A stretch of DNA of 64,000 nt from the NCBI RefSeq assembly GCF_006345805.1, contig NC_042998.1, forward strand, positions 90,706,001 to 90,770,000, written 5' to 3'. Shown piece by piece: positions 38,065 through 51,500 of the stretch (position 1 is the first letter of the stretch; every line of letters begins with the position of its first letter). The position numbers were made by a program, and so were the translations under genes. The notes beneath the pieces are model-generated. The model saw only the letters and a list, made by a program, of their open reading frames with translations. It made no database searches and had not been told where the DNA came from. This DNA comes from Octopus sinensis (Eukaryota).

Positions 38065-38322
38065 GGGTGCTTTTTACATGGCACCAACACCAACGCTTTA
38101 TATGTAGCATCAGCACAGGTGCTTTTTATGTGGCACTGGCATGCAAGCTTTTTATGTAACACCAACACAGGTGTTTTTTACATGGCACTGTCACAGGTGC
38201 TTTTTATGTGGCACCAGTATAGGTGTTTTATGCATGGTACCAGGACAGGTGTCTTTTACATGACACAGCACAGGTGGTTTTGATGTGACACAAAACAGGT
38301 GTTTTTTATATGGCACCAGCAC
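38065..38322. repeat. Minisatellite of ~10 x 25-26 bp (aggtgttttttacatggcaccagcac) inside an RTE 3' UTR
   Basis: Ten degenerate tandem units counted by eye. The unit matches the gtgctttttacgtgccacc motif of the RTE 3' UTR. Confidence 0.8.
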
Positions 38323-38696
38323 CCATGAACTTACAAGACATACAAGCTGAGAGAGATGGAACCAAGAGATTAGAGTATGATAGAGGTAGCCCTCTTACTA
38401 TTGAGGAGATACTTGGCTACTGCAATAGAACAAGGAAGGAGAGGTGAATGAGAGATAGACAGTTAGAGTGTGTGTGTGAGAGAGAGGGGAGGCATGCAGT
38501 GGGGGGTAGTATAAGTAAACCAGAGGGGATAGAGGGAATGTTCCATAAGAATGTGAGGGGAGATGTTTAGAAATAGCAGAGATAGCAAGTAATATTGAGA
38601 AGAATTGAGGTGGCTGTAGAGATAGCAAGTGATGGAGAGAATAATTGGAGTGGCTAAAAAAAAATTGTTTCAAAATAATATATATAGTTATATATG

Positions 38697-39320
38697 TACA
38701 AGGTCTGATCAATGAGTATCCTGATTGTTGCTATAGTAACAAAGCTAAAGCATGCAGAGTGAAGCCACTTGGTACAGATTGACCTTGAACACTGCTGTGC
38801 ATGTGCATTAAGTTTTAACATTCTAGCTCACTTCCACTGTTTACAGTAGTGCTTGGAAGGAAGGTGTGTAGCATGTGATTGTCACATTGACCATGACAGA
38901 GAAAGTTGTCATAGCGATACCTGCTTAGAGGCCTACACAAAGTTGCAGAAAGTGTATAGAGAGGAGTGTATTAGTCACACACAAGCGTATGAGTGGTTCA
39001 GACATTTCCAAGATGGCCGAAAAACTGTCAATATTGATGAACATTCTGGGAGACCCATAACCAGCAGAACTGAGAAAAACATTGCAGATGTGCGTGCAGC
39101 TGTGAGGGGAATCATCAAATTACCATCCATGAGTTATCAGAGGATGTGCAGATTAGCTACAGTTCAGTTCAGTCCATTATCACTAAAGATTTGAGTATGA
39201 GATGCATGTCTACCAAGTTTGTGCCAAAACTGCTTTCAGCTGGCCAAAAAGACACTCAGGTTTCAGTTGAACAAGATCTCTTTGATTGTGTCGAGAACAA
39301 TGAAAACTTTTTGAAAACTT
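38697..39320 (+). mobile_element. Mariner (Tc1/mariner) 5' fragment: TIR and HTH DNA-binding region, catalytic domain missing
   Basis: TA followed by caaggtctgatcaa TIR-like start. YEWFRHFQDGRKTVNIDEHSGRP and KFVPKLL motifs. Breaks off at NFLKT. Confidence 0.8.
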
Positions 39321-41129
39321 TGTGTAGGCCAAGCCTTTGGCAAAATTCAATGCAAATTCTCTGCTCAACTTTCTCTATCATGGTCAGTGCAATAATCACA
39401 TGCTACACACCTTCCTTCCAAGCACTACTGTAAAACAGTGGAAGAGAGCAAGAAAGTTAAAACTTGCCCAACAGTGTTTAAGGTCAATCTGTGCCAAGTG
39501 GCTTTACTGTGGGTACTTCAGCTTCGTTACTATGGCAACAACAATCCATATACTTATTGATTAGACCATGTATGTATATGTTTGTGTTTGTCCCCCACAC
39601 ACCACCACTACCACCACCACTATCTGAGAACCAGTGTTGGTTTGTTTACATCCATGTCTCCTTGTAGTTTGACAAAAGAGACTGATAAAATAAGTATCAT
39701 ACTAAAAAAATAAGTACTGGGATCAATTAGTTTGACTATCCCTTCAAGGCAGTGCCCCAGCGTGGCCATAGTCCAATGACTGAAACAAGTAAAAGATAAA
39801 GATAACAGATATCAATCCAGACAATTACTAGAGTTTCATTTTAATTTCAATCTTAAATTTTTTTTTGTTTTATATTTTAATTTAATAACAATTTGCTTGC
39901 TTTGTTAATAGGAAATAAATATTCAGTTACTTTCTTAATTACAGGCTAACAAAATTTCCAATAACTCACATGTTATTTGCAAGCCATAAAAATTGAAAGC
40001 CAAGTAAGTAAACATAAAATACAATATCCTCTTGTTAAAAGAAATTGGGTGCATGTTATATGCATGTGCAGCAATATAACAGGCAACTGTAAAAACAGTA
40101 ATCACACAATGAACAGGGTGTTAATATATCGTATATGTTCTTCCAGCATTTTTATCCTTGAATATTAATTTAAAGGTGACATATGTTTTCCATGATTAAA
40201 AAACAGCTTCATACTTGTTAAAAAAATTCTAAGCAATTTTATTTTATATGTTAAGTCTCTAATGCATTACCTCTATTATTCACTAGTATTAACAACAACT
40301 ACAAAACCCCCTAGGTGCCACTGTTTTCATCATGTTTGTTTGGTTGATTGTCTGCTGTATGGAAATCAATCCAAATATATTTTTTTTCAATGATGACTGA
40401 ACAAAATGAAAAATATGTTTTTTTTTCATTTTTCTTTTTAAATTTTGTTTTACTCAACATGTCATATGTTGATCAATTATGCAAAGAAAATACAATGTCC
40501 TTGCATAAGGTATACCAATATGTACATCTCAGATGTTAAAGACTATAATAGTGGTATAAAATATATTCAAATATTGGTCACATACACAGAAAGAAATTTT
40601 CTTATTTACATTTAATTTTTTTCCTCAATAACCTCAGGTCACTAAACATAGCTGTTGTAGCTACCAGTGGGGTGAAGATTTCCAGGATATATACACTCGC
40701 ATCCATCTTCAATGATTATTGAATGTAAGCATGTTTTAGTTGGCCTGTGTGTTTTGTTTTAAGAAGGTTTTATTTACACGATAAAGACATTTTTCCTGGA
40801 TTCAAATGGTAAGTTAGGGATGTATGTGATTGTCGTTGTAATGGTATCAGATAATTTCGTGGTCTAGGAGGTTGGCACAACACTAAATAAACATGAGACA
40901 GTACTAAGAGCAAAAATTAACTTAAACTAGTTAGTAGGCTTGCATCTTGGCACATGAAGAAGTAAGTCCATTTTTTTGGCAATTATAATACATTCTCTAG
41001 TGGCAGAGACAATTTTATCAGGAATTTAATTAATTAATTAAATCAAGAACTTATGTTGTATGGTATTTGATATACCTGTATTTATTTATGCCATTCAAAT
41101 ACATATTGGCTCTTTTGAGTTATTTCTCT

Positions 41130-41880
41130 GAACTCAATTTTGTTTAAACTGTAAAGTTAAGCTTGGTTTGGTTTGGTTTGGTACAGGAAAAAGCTACTTG
41201 TCTGAGTTTGCCTCTCACAAAATCCTCTCCAATGTCATTGCTAGACTCTTTAACAATTGTTAGCTGCCCAACATTCCTAGCAAACAGCTTCAGGTCATTT
41301 GTGTAAAAAAGATGGTTTATTATACTGTTTAAAATTTTGTATCCGTATCTGGCATTATGCAATTTGTTTGAGAGTGGGATCAGTGCCATGCAAAAAAAGT
41401 AATGGACAGAGGGAATCAGCTTGAAAGATGTCTTGTTTGATGTTGATGCTGTTGGATTGGCTCATTGCATTACTGTGGTTTAGAAAGAGACCTATGTTCC
41501 ACTTGGTCATGCTATTTTGTAAGAATCGGAAGACAACAGGAGAGATCTTGTATATCTCAAGGGCCTTGAGTATCCATTTGTGTGGGACACTGTCAAACGC
41601 TTTCCTGTAGTCTATCCATACTATACTCAGGTTCTTGTTTTTGCTCTGGCAATTCTCTTCAATTGTTTTATTTATGAGTAATTGGTTTTTGCATGCATAA
41701 GAATTTCTTTTACAACCTTTTTGAACTTGTGGAAAGATAGAGTTCTGTTCAAGGAAAATGTACACTCAGTTATTACAAATGTGAGGATCTTGTAAGTGGT
41801 GTTGGGGCATGTTATTGTTTGGTAGTCCTTTGGGTCTTTTATGTCTTCAGTTTTTGCTAGTAGGCAGCAAAGCAGCTAGT
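41130..41880 (-). mobile_element. R4/Dong-clade non-LTR retrotransposon, RT fragment
   Basis: QKGCKRNSYACKNQLLIN, WIDYRKAFDSVPHKWI, IFQADSLCPLLF and NHLFYTNDLKLFA. Confidence 0.85.
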
Positions 41881-41904
41881 TGCTCTGAGTTCTGAATGAC
41901 ATCA

Positions 41905-42480
41905 GTGATTATTATTTTGGTTTGGCTCAGGTTCAGTCTTATTCCTGGTAGGATTTATGTGGGTAGCAAGTTACTACCTGTAACCTTAGGGTTACACAAG
42001 TTTTCAGTAGTCTTTCAAGTGTTTAGAACCCTCCTGATAATCCTTGCTGTCCCAAAGAGACAAACTTTCTGCAGGAGCTCTACAGGACATTCTGTTTCAA
42101 TCTCCTTCAGCCATTTGTCTATATCTTTGCTTAGTGTTCTCAATGTGCCAATTATTACAGGCATGACCTTTACTGTTCTTATGCTCCAAATTCTTCCTAC
42201 TTCAAATTTTAAGGGATTGTATTTTTCTAACTTTTTGTCCTCTTTCTTTACGATCCTGGAATCAAAGGGGCATGATGGGTCAATCAATAAGCAACTTTGC
42301 TTTTCCTTATCTATAATTGTTATGTCTGGTCTATTATTTTCTAACTTCTTGTCCATTTGAATAGGAAAGTCCCACAAAATCTCACATTTCTCCAACTCCA
42401 GTACTTTTTCGACTTGGTGTTTGTACCATGTGTTTACAGCTTCAAATCCTCATTTCTAGCACAGTTTTACAACTTGGTGA
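41905..42480 (-). mobile_element. R4/Dong-clade 3' end (RLE endonuclease, 3' UTR, (TAA)n tail)
   Basis: ILWDFPIQMD..NRPDITIIDK..LLIDPSCP..KLEKY, a PD-(D/E)xK RLE motif. Confidence 0.85.
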
Positions 42481-42554
42481 TGCCCCCACCTCTTATATTC
42501 TTCCTGTGTCAATTATTATTATTATCATCACCATCATCATCATTGTTATTTCTT

Positions 42555-43116
42555 TTTATCACAGGTTTTGTTGAAACTCCTGGAGTCTTGCATGCATGGT
42601 GGACTTGCTGCCTGCAGCCTATGGTACCATGCTATCTGTTCTTTTCAATTACCTAATACTTTCCAGATTATTCTGGCCATGACAAGGAGGCAAACATTTC
42701 GTAACAGTTCTACTAGGCTCACTATTCCAATTTCCTTTATATTCCTTATGACGTCATGCATTGTCAGAATCTGCTTCTACTGGGTTCACTTCTGACCCAG
42801 CATTCAATTACAGCTTCCTTATCCCAGCTTCTTCTCTGCTTCTGACTTTGTGTATAAGCAGTCGCTGGATGACAAACAGGCCTGCACTGATCAACCACAG
42901 GACACCTGCCTAGCAAAAGGCTTTCATCTTTGATTCCAGCCTTTTTAATACCATTATTTGATATATTTATATTAGGCATTTTCACTCAACATTGAGGTTT
43001 GTGTTTTAAGGTTAGCTACCAACGGGTATTTTTATCAAGACACCATCTCTAATAAGATTGTCAACCAAGACTGCAGAGCTCTTACTACCCATAAGTTGGG
43101 ATACTATTATTATTAT

Positions 43117-43125
<9 letters not shown>
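42555..43125 (-). mobile_element. Internally deleted R4/Dong-like element (5' region, N-terminus, last ~30 codons, 3' UTR)
   Basis: N-terminal RRSWDKEAVIECWVRSEPSR is fused near 42745 to C-terminal ELLRNVCLLVMARIIWKVLGN*. Microsatellites on both sides. Confidence 0.65.
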
Positions 43126-43154
<29 letters not shown>

Positions 43155-43207
43155 TACTACTACTACTACTACTACTACTATACTACTACTACTACTACTA
43201 CTACTAC

Positions 43208-43259
<52 letters not shown>

Positions 43260-43262
43260 TAT
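43125..43262. repeat. Compound (ATT)n-(ACT)n-(ATT)n microsatellite
   Basis: Direct reading. It forms the tail and target tract between two Dong copies. Confidence 0.95.
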
Positions 43263-43264
43263 TT

Positions 43265-43706
43265 ATGTTTGACTTTTGCTTTACATTTGTACAAGTTGGC
43301 TTCAAGTCTCACCCAGAGACCTCAAGAGACAACAAGCTAGAAGTTCATGTTGGTGTTATGCCTAGGGTGCCATATATTTGGTTTTGTACATAGTGTTGTT
43401 CTAGAGAATGTTTAAGAAACCATAAGAAAATTATGTCTGTTTTAAAACTTGAGATTACATAGAAAGTATTTTGCGTAAGATATGGGCAGTTCCCATGAAT
43501 ACTATCTTTTGAATTTCTGTCATTTTGGGGTTTCCTGGTATCTGATCCAGGTAGCAATCAGTCCCTTTTGCTATCATTCCCAAAACACCTATGACAATTT
43601 CTATTTCAAGATCTTTATATTTGCTCAGTTTTTGGTAGGTCTTGATAGATACGTTTACATCGATTGGGATAGTCATATCAATGAGGAGGCATGATTTTTG
43701 TCTGAA

Positions 43707-43712
<6 letters not shown>
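43265..43712 (-). mobile_element. 5'-truncated R4/Dong-clade 3' end between microsatellites
   Basis: CLLIDMTIPID..KLSKYKDLEIEI..GTAHILRKIL. Flanked by (ATC)n/(ATT)n at 43712-43780. Confidence 0.85.
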
Positions 43713-43760
<48 letters not shown>

Positions 43761-44394
43761 TATTATTATTATTACTATTATTTTCTATTTTTTTGGCAAG
43801 TCATTTTGACATGAAACATTTATCCATTTTAGTCAACATATGCTCAACAAGCTATGTAAAACAAAATCAATTACATAAAAACTTGGGTGAAATAAACATG
43901 TTTATTCACATAGGTGCCTAGGAAGTCAATTTCCTTCCAATACAAATAACTCATTAGCAAATTATTTAATTAGGAAATCAAAATACATTAAAATATAAAT
44001 GGAGTCCTACTTGTCATGTCAATATATTGCTTTACATTCCAGAGTAATGAATAAAACAGTTTGACTTATAAAAACATACACATACACCTGCATACACACA
44101 TGTTTATTTGCACACATATACACACGCACACACACACACACTGAGGCAGGTACACATGTGGGTGTACACACACACACATGAACACATGTAGAATTTTAGT
44201 CTATTTTTCAGTATCTTTTATCTTTTACTTGTTTCAGTCATTGGACTGTGGCCAGTTCTTATTTTTTGTATTAGATACTCTTTTATGCTGGTATCTTATG
44301 CCAAACAACTAAGTTATTGGGATGTAAGCAATTCAACACCTGTGGTCAAGCAGTGGGTAGCAAATACTAACACAAACACATATGTGCACGCGCG

Positions 44395-44434
<40 letters not shown>

Positions 44435-44496
44435 CACACACACACACACGCACAACAGGCTTCCACCTCTCAGTTTCTGTGTACTATAATCATGAA

Positions 44497-44826
44497 GGCG
44501 CATGGCTCAGTGGTTAGAGTGTCGAGCTTACAATCGTGAGGTTGTGAGTTCTAATCCCAGACCGGGCTGCATGTTGTATTCTTGAACAAGACACTTTATT
44601 TCATGTTGCTCAAGTTCTCTCAGCCATAGAAATGAGTTGTGATGTCACAGGTACCAAGTTGTATTGGCCTTTCCTTTCCCTTGGATAACACTGGTGGCAT
44701 GGAGAGGGGAGGCCAGTATGCATGAGCGACTGCTAGTCTTCCATAAACAACCTTGCCCGGACTTGTGCCTGGGAGGGTAAGTTTCTAGGTGCAATCCCAA
44801 GGTCAGTCATGACCGAAGGGGGTCTC
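44497..44826 (+). mobile_element. tRNA-derived SINE nested within another SINE
   Basis: A box TGGCTCAGTGG and B box GTTCTAATCC. The host SINE resumes at ~44830. Confidence 0.75.
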
Positions 44827-47800
44827 AGCAATCATTCACAAGTCAGTAATCAACCCAGGGCTATAGATGAAGAAACTTGCCTAAGGTGCCATGCACTTTT
44901 CTGAATTAAATTTTTCCAGATTGATGATATTGATTTTTGTACCCCCACCTCCCCACTTCACCTCAATAAAATAGATATCAATAATAATGTTGATATTAAT
45001 CCATTTAGTTGGCAGTAAGTTAGTAGTCATTAAAGTGTTGGATAAAATACTTCATAGTATTTGTTCTGATTCTCTGACTGCAAATCCCACTGAAGTTAAC
45101 TTTATCATTTATCGTTTCAGGGTATATAAAATTTGCAAAATCCAGTCATTGGATTTGTTGAACTATTTTAGAGGATTAAGAAGAAAACTGCCTTATGTTA
45201 TCTGTTATGGTTTTTATATTCTGACAACAATGCTTGCAACAACACTGGTGCCATACTGTAATGGCCTTAAAGTAGTCACTTTCACCTGCTGCAATAGTAG
45301 TGTAGAGAAAGGAGGCTACCATGTACAAGAAACAACCATTTGTCTCCAAAAAATTTTACCCAGGCCTGTACGATCTTGTGAAGAGAAATGGTCATCCTAA
45401 ATGTACAGAGATCTCCAATTCATTCCTCTCCTAAGATCTCTCTTACAAATCTCTCCTAAAAAATTAGAAGCTTTCCTAAAAATTATGCACATGTGTACAC
45501 AAGTGCATCCATTATTTAAGTTGTCACTAAATATCACCGGAAATCTATTTTAAAATCTATTTTAAAAAGTTTAACATATGCTGTTGAATGCTAGTGTCAG
45601 CAATTAGATTATTGTCTAAGCACAATAAGAACTCTCCCAGAAGGCCCAGTCCTTGTTGTGGTATGATGGCTTGTATGCTTCAATGACACTGAGAGTTATG
45701 CCAGCAGAGTGCAAGCTCATGGTAGAGTCTCCCATTCTGTACAGGTCAAAGGATAGAGGCCAGAGTTATATGGATTCTTCTTTTCAAAGATGAAATAAGT
45801 TTGTGTAAGGTGAACACACCTAGCTAGGAAAAAGTACAGTTGCAGAAGCATCAGGGACAATCAAAACAAACAAGAAATATACAGGGCACCCTCTACCTTA
45901 TACTGAGGGTATAGGCCTGCCTGGAGTTCAGAACAGTGGAGAAAAGTCATCGAGGGTTTATTGCTGCATAGGGAGCAAAGGGTTTAAGTAAGCAACAATA
46001 AGAAGTACTATTTCAGGTAAAGTACTGCATCAATCTTTTGGAGGATTTTTTTATACCTTTTAGCTCCGAGAAAATGCAGTACTCATGACCCTTTGCAGGG
46101 CCTCCAAAACAGGTGGAAGGGAGATATCCTCAAATCAGAAGCTTGTCCTAAATGCTTGCAATATATTGGACTCCCTTAAGAACACCCAGGGTGCCAGGTA
46201 GTGGTGTTACACCAGATAACAGTTCAAGTCTATCACTCAAGTAGACCATGACATGACTTGAACTCACAGCACAAAGAAATGGAACAAATACCACATGGCA
46301 CCCTGATGACATTTTTATATTTGTACCATGACAGGATTTGAACTCAGAATACAAAAAGCTGAACAAATACTACAATACATCCAGTCTACACATTACTACT
46401 AATTCAACACCCATGATTGTCACTCTTTTATTGATCCTATATTGATGAAAAGTGAAGTTGAACTCAGTGGAATTAGAGCCCAAAGCCCCAGGAATCAGAA
46501 CAAGTACTGCAGGACATTTTATCTGATACGCTAATGATTTTACCAATTTGAGTGTACTTTTTGTCTTTTACTTGCTTCAGTTAATTTTGACTGTAGCCAT
46601 GCTGGAGCACTGCCTTGCAGGGTTTAGTCAAAGAAATTGACCTCAGTACTTATTTTAAGTTTGATACTTTATCAGTCTTTTTGCCAAACCACTAAGAAAC
46701 CAACAGTGGTTGTCAAGTGGTGGTAGGGAACAAACACACACATGCACGTGCACACATACAACAGGCTTCTACACAGTTTCCATCAACCAAATTCACTCAC
46801 AAGGCATTGGTCAACCCAAGGCTGGAGTAGAAGACACTTGCCCAAGGTAATCAGCAATTGGACTGAACTTGAAACCTCTTGGTTGCAGACTGAACTTCTT
46901 AATCACCCAGCCATGCCTGTTGAAGTAACCTAAGATAGTTTTTATTTTGCAATTTATTTTATTGATATATGTTCTTTTGGGAATGATTTCACTGATTTCA
47001 AATTTTTTTAATTAATTCTTTGTAGGTAAATGTTAAAGGAAAAGATAATAAATAATAAAAAGAAGAGATGCAAACTATAAACTCTACCTTGAAATTTTAT
47101 AACTTTTAAACTATTACTTTGAATAGCATGACTATTGAACAGGTTGCCAGCATTGAAGTTAATTTTGACAACACAAACTGAGAAATTTTCAGCCAATGAA
47201 AAGCCAGGCTGGTTCTGCTTTTGATTGGTAATTTAAAACATGATATTTTAATTAGCCTATCAATAAGTAAGCTGCATGCGGCATTGTGGACTACATTTAC
47301 ATATATTGTCTGCCATAAGAAACAAGCAGTTGTTGAGTAGAACATAGTTGAAGTCACACATAACAATACTATAAGAACAGGCATCAGGATTTAAAATTTG
47401 ATAACATTCAGAAGACCAAGCTATAAAGAACAACAGAAAGTAAGAATTGTTCATGTTGGTGTATTTCCCTTTTTAGTCGCTGACATTTTATATAAGTTAA
47501 ACTATAAAAAAAAATATCATTCAGCTGAATACTTTTGCTAGTTTTCTTTTTAAGGATGCTGTCATAGAATTTAGTTCCATTGAATACTTACAAATTGTTA
47601 GTTTAACTTTAATTCCTATCCTGTTAACTGAACAATATCAGACACAATATTTTCACTATTTTATTATTATTTTTGACTGATTATTTTAAAACAATCTCTG
47701 ACATGTTCTTATGTCGCTCCCAAACTGGCAAGCATCAGACCCCTATCAAAAATATTTGTGAAATTCTTTTGCTACCCACTCCACTTCCTTTATCAATTCT

Positions 47801-48559
47801 TTCTAGTTCTAATTTTGGCACAAGGCCAGCAGTTTTAAAGGAGGGAGTGAGTTGATTATTTGATCCCATTACTTAACTGGTACTTACCTTATCAAACCCA
47901 TCTTTATTAAGGAGAAGACAAAACAGAGTTTATATCCATATAATTCTTCTTTCTTTGTCATGATGTCGGACAAGATTAAAAGGTTTAAAGCTATCTTAAT
48001 TTTCTGAAACCGGTTGCACACATTTCAATCCTCACAGTCCCACTTGTATGAAAAGCACTATCATAGATTGTTTTGCTTTCAAAGCAGAGAAAATGTACCA
48101 GAGACATCAAATAAAAACATTTTTCTCAACACTATGAACTTACAGCTACACACACACAAGGGGAAAAAAGACAAAAAAACACAGGAATCACAAACTATGT
48201 TACTACATTTCACACTGCTCATAGAAGACAATGAAACACAAGGCAAAACATGCACTATGAACACTCATGGGGACCACATTTGTCTGAAAGTGTAGGCATG
48301 CCTGTGTGGTTAAGACATTCATTTCCCAACCCCATAGTTTCAGGTTCAGTTCCATTGTATGGTTCTTTGGGTAACATATTCTACAAGAGCCCCTGGTCAA
48401 CCAAAGGTTTGTGAGTGGATTTGAAGAACAACAACTGAAGAAATCTGTTTTGTGTATGTATATATTGTATTACATTGAACTCCCTTGTTGCTTCAACAAA
48501 TGGGCTGCACAGTGTTTTGCCATGTTATGTCATGTGGAAACACAGATCCATTCAGGATT

Positions 48560-49290
48560 TACAGCTCCTGTTGCAGACATTACATTGGTGGTCACCATCA
48601 CCTGGAGGTAGATTGAACCTGGCTCTATGCTGGGCTCTTTTTCCCCTTCAGGGTGCCAATCCTGGCTGCTTCAAAGTCAGAAATGTGCTTGGGAGCAAGA
48701 GCTTTTCTACTGAGCTCTATTCATTACTACCAATTTCCACATCTTCAGATTTATCTGGCAAATCCTCAAGCAGGTCTTTGGAGTATTGTGTCCTTGTAAT
48801 GGAGCAATGGGTGGCCCTGGTGCCTGGCACCAGAGTTTAGTTAACCATAAAAGAGGGCATTAGGTAAACCAGTACTCTTTCTTGAGTACCACATGACCAA
48901 CCCACCCCAGCTACACTTTGATCTGGAAGCTCTCTAGAATGTCACATCTTGTAAGAACATTTGTGTTGGGAACTTTGTCCTGTCATTTGATGTTGCAAAT
49001 TCAATGAAGACAGCAAAGATGGAATGAGTCTAGCCATTTAATAAATGCTTGTTGAGTGTTCATGTTTCACAGCCATATAGGAGAGAGGTAAGCACTACTG
49101 TGCAGTACATTTTTATCTTTGTGGTCAGGCAAATGCCATGTTCTCTTAACAGTCTTTGACGGAATCTACTGAAAGCTGAGCTTGCCTTAGACAATAACTG
49201 TGAGTGTTCTTGTCCTGACATCATGTGGTAGTTATAAATGAACATCACTATCATACACATGGTGCCTCTCATTTCTAGTCTTCCACAATG
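48560..49290 (-). mobile_element. Decayed RTE (BovB-like) LINE C-terminal fragment
   Basis: SKASSAFSRF..TKIKMYCTVVLTSLLYGCET. Confidence 0.75.
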
Positions 49291-50948
49291 ACATGCCTAA
49301 CCATAGAAAAAATATTATCTTGCTTGGAAACAAGTGGAGGTTGGCAAAACGAAGGGCATCTTGCCACAAAAATTCTGCCTTAACAATTCTGTCTGACCCA
49401 TGCAAACATGGAAAAGTGAATGTTAAAGCAATGATGATGATGATGAAGATGATCAGTCCTCACTGGGCCTCAGATCTCTACATAACAAAATTGAATACTG
49501 CTTGCTCTCTACATTTAAACATTCCACCTTCAAACTTCTCTGCACCATGATCTGAAATGTAAGATTTTTTTTCTTCCCAGATCATGGAGGCTCGATTTAT
49601 CCAATGTTTATTTGCTTCCATTGTGGTCTGCATATTATGGTGAATTACATCTACCAATATTATGATGGATATCCAAGTCCCCAGAAACAGTTGTTCGACT
49701 TATAACACCTTAGATCTTCCCCTTTAATTTTCTCTGTCACTTATACTTTGTGGAAGTGTGATCTATTAATATATATATATCTATAAATTTATATTGAAAT
49801 AGTCATCATCTGAAAGCCTTCAGTCTTTGCTTTCTTTCTGCTTGCATGTATACATACATGTATATTTTGTATATCAAACCCAAGCAGTTATATTTTAATC
49901 TGTTTATCTACATAAATGTATATATAAATGTGTGTGGGGGTGTGTGTGTATGCTTGTGCATGCATGTGCATGTTCCGTGTTTGTACCCCACAAACACAGA
50001 ATCCATAATCTAGCAGTTCAGCTATTGACATCAATGGAATAAGTGCCAGACTTAATTTTTTAAAAATGTTCTGAGGTGAATTCATTCAACTAAATATTAT
50101 TCAAAGTGATGTCCCAGCATGGCCACAGTTTAATGACTGAAACAAGTAAAAGGACAGATAAAGGAAGGTTGAGAAAGTGGTTAATAACCTCTTCCCAAGT
50201 AGTAAGCTGCAAAACATCTGAAAGAAACTAAAGGTAGTTTATATCAATATACTGATGTGTTGTATGGTATTTTGTTTGGCACTCTATTGATGGTACCACA
50301 TCTCCACCATTCTTACACCATACTTATACCATACCATCACTAATACCACACCACTGCCATTACTGTACTACCTCCATCACCATTTCAGTTCTCTGACAGT
50401 TACTAATCCTATTCAAAAGCTCAATGGAATACTACTTCTTTATTAGGAGCATTGCTGCTGCTGCTGCACACACACACACACATGCACACGTGCGCGCACA
50501 CACACACACGCACACGTGCGCGCGCGCACACACATACACACACACACACACATTCTAGACTGCATTAAAAGAAAAAAAATATCAACTGACTGATTGCTAT
50601 TAGAATGCTTGTCACCAACACATTCCAAACTTGGGTTTACATATGTTCTGTGTCTTCTCTGTGATTTTTCTAGTACTACTACTATAGTGGTTTCTGTTCT
50701 TTGGGACTAGCTGGTCTCGTGTCACTTCTACTTAGACCTCCTCTAACTTGGTTCTTCTCCTCTTCTTGTCAGCTGTATTGTGTAGTAACCACTAAATACA
50801 GTCCATCATCTGTAGACTGTCACTCCTTCATCTCATTTACTTTCTAGATACATCACAGGCAAAAGCCATTTAAATTGTATTTCAATGTATTTTGTTTTTC
50901 TTTAACAGATATCATCAATTGACATTTCATTTTATTTATTAGAACAGG

Positions 50949-51009
50949 ATGGAAACTACTTTTCAAATTATTTTCATCTTATTGCTGTCAATTTGCTCTG
51001 CTGAAAAAA
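50949..51009 (+). CDS. Unrecognised glycoprotein, coding exon 1: signal peptide METTFQIIFILLLSICSA-EK
   Basis: Acceptor tttgtttttctttaaCAG at 50908, ATG at 50949, hydrophobic core with a CSA cleavage-like site, donor GTAAGT at 51010 (phase 1). Confidence 0.8.
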
Positions 51010-51199
51010 GTAAGTAAGATTCTAAATTTATAACATTTCTATGCTATCAGCAAAAATTTACAACTAAGTTTTTCAGTCTGTTTATAAATTGATTTGAGAT
51101 ATAATTTTCTTTCTTTGTTACCATTTTTTCCCCTGGTATAATGAATATATCAAACTGAACTTTTTACAAGTATCAAGGCTTTTAGAGTGTGAAGAACTA

Positions 51200-51500
51200 A
51201 AAACAATTTTTGCTCCAATACTGTATTGACTACTTACTCTTACCCACTCATTCTTGTGACCTGTCCAACAACTTATCATCACTCTCGTCCTTCTCCTGTC
51301 TGCTGTATCCTCATTACTATTCTACTGTTCTGCACTGGCTACTCATTTCTGACCCCCACTTCTTCCTCTCTTGTATTGTTGGTGTTGCCTACCTCTCTTT
51401 TTCTCACGCATTTTCCACCTCCATACTTTTCATGAAACTCCTGAACTCTCTTGCTGGGACTTTACCACCAGATGCATTTAATGTTTTGCCCTGGACGCAT
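51200..51500 (+). mobile_element. Old CR1/L2-group remnant in intron
   Basis: SLSSFSCLLYPHYY and SILFMKLLNSLAGTLPPDAF are distantly similar to the remnants at 25.9 and 27.2 kb. Confidence 0.4.

Noticed and set aside
38065-38322. CRISPR-like regular repeat
   Set aside because: Degenerate tandem units without unique spacers, eukaryotic context, no cas genes; it derives from an RTE UTR.
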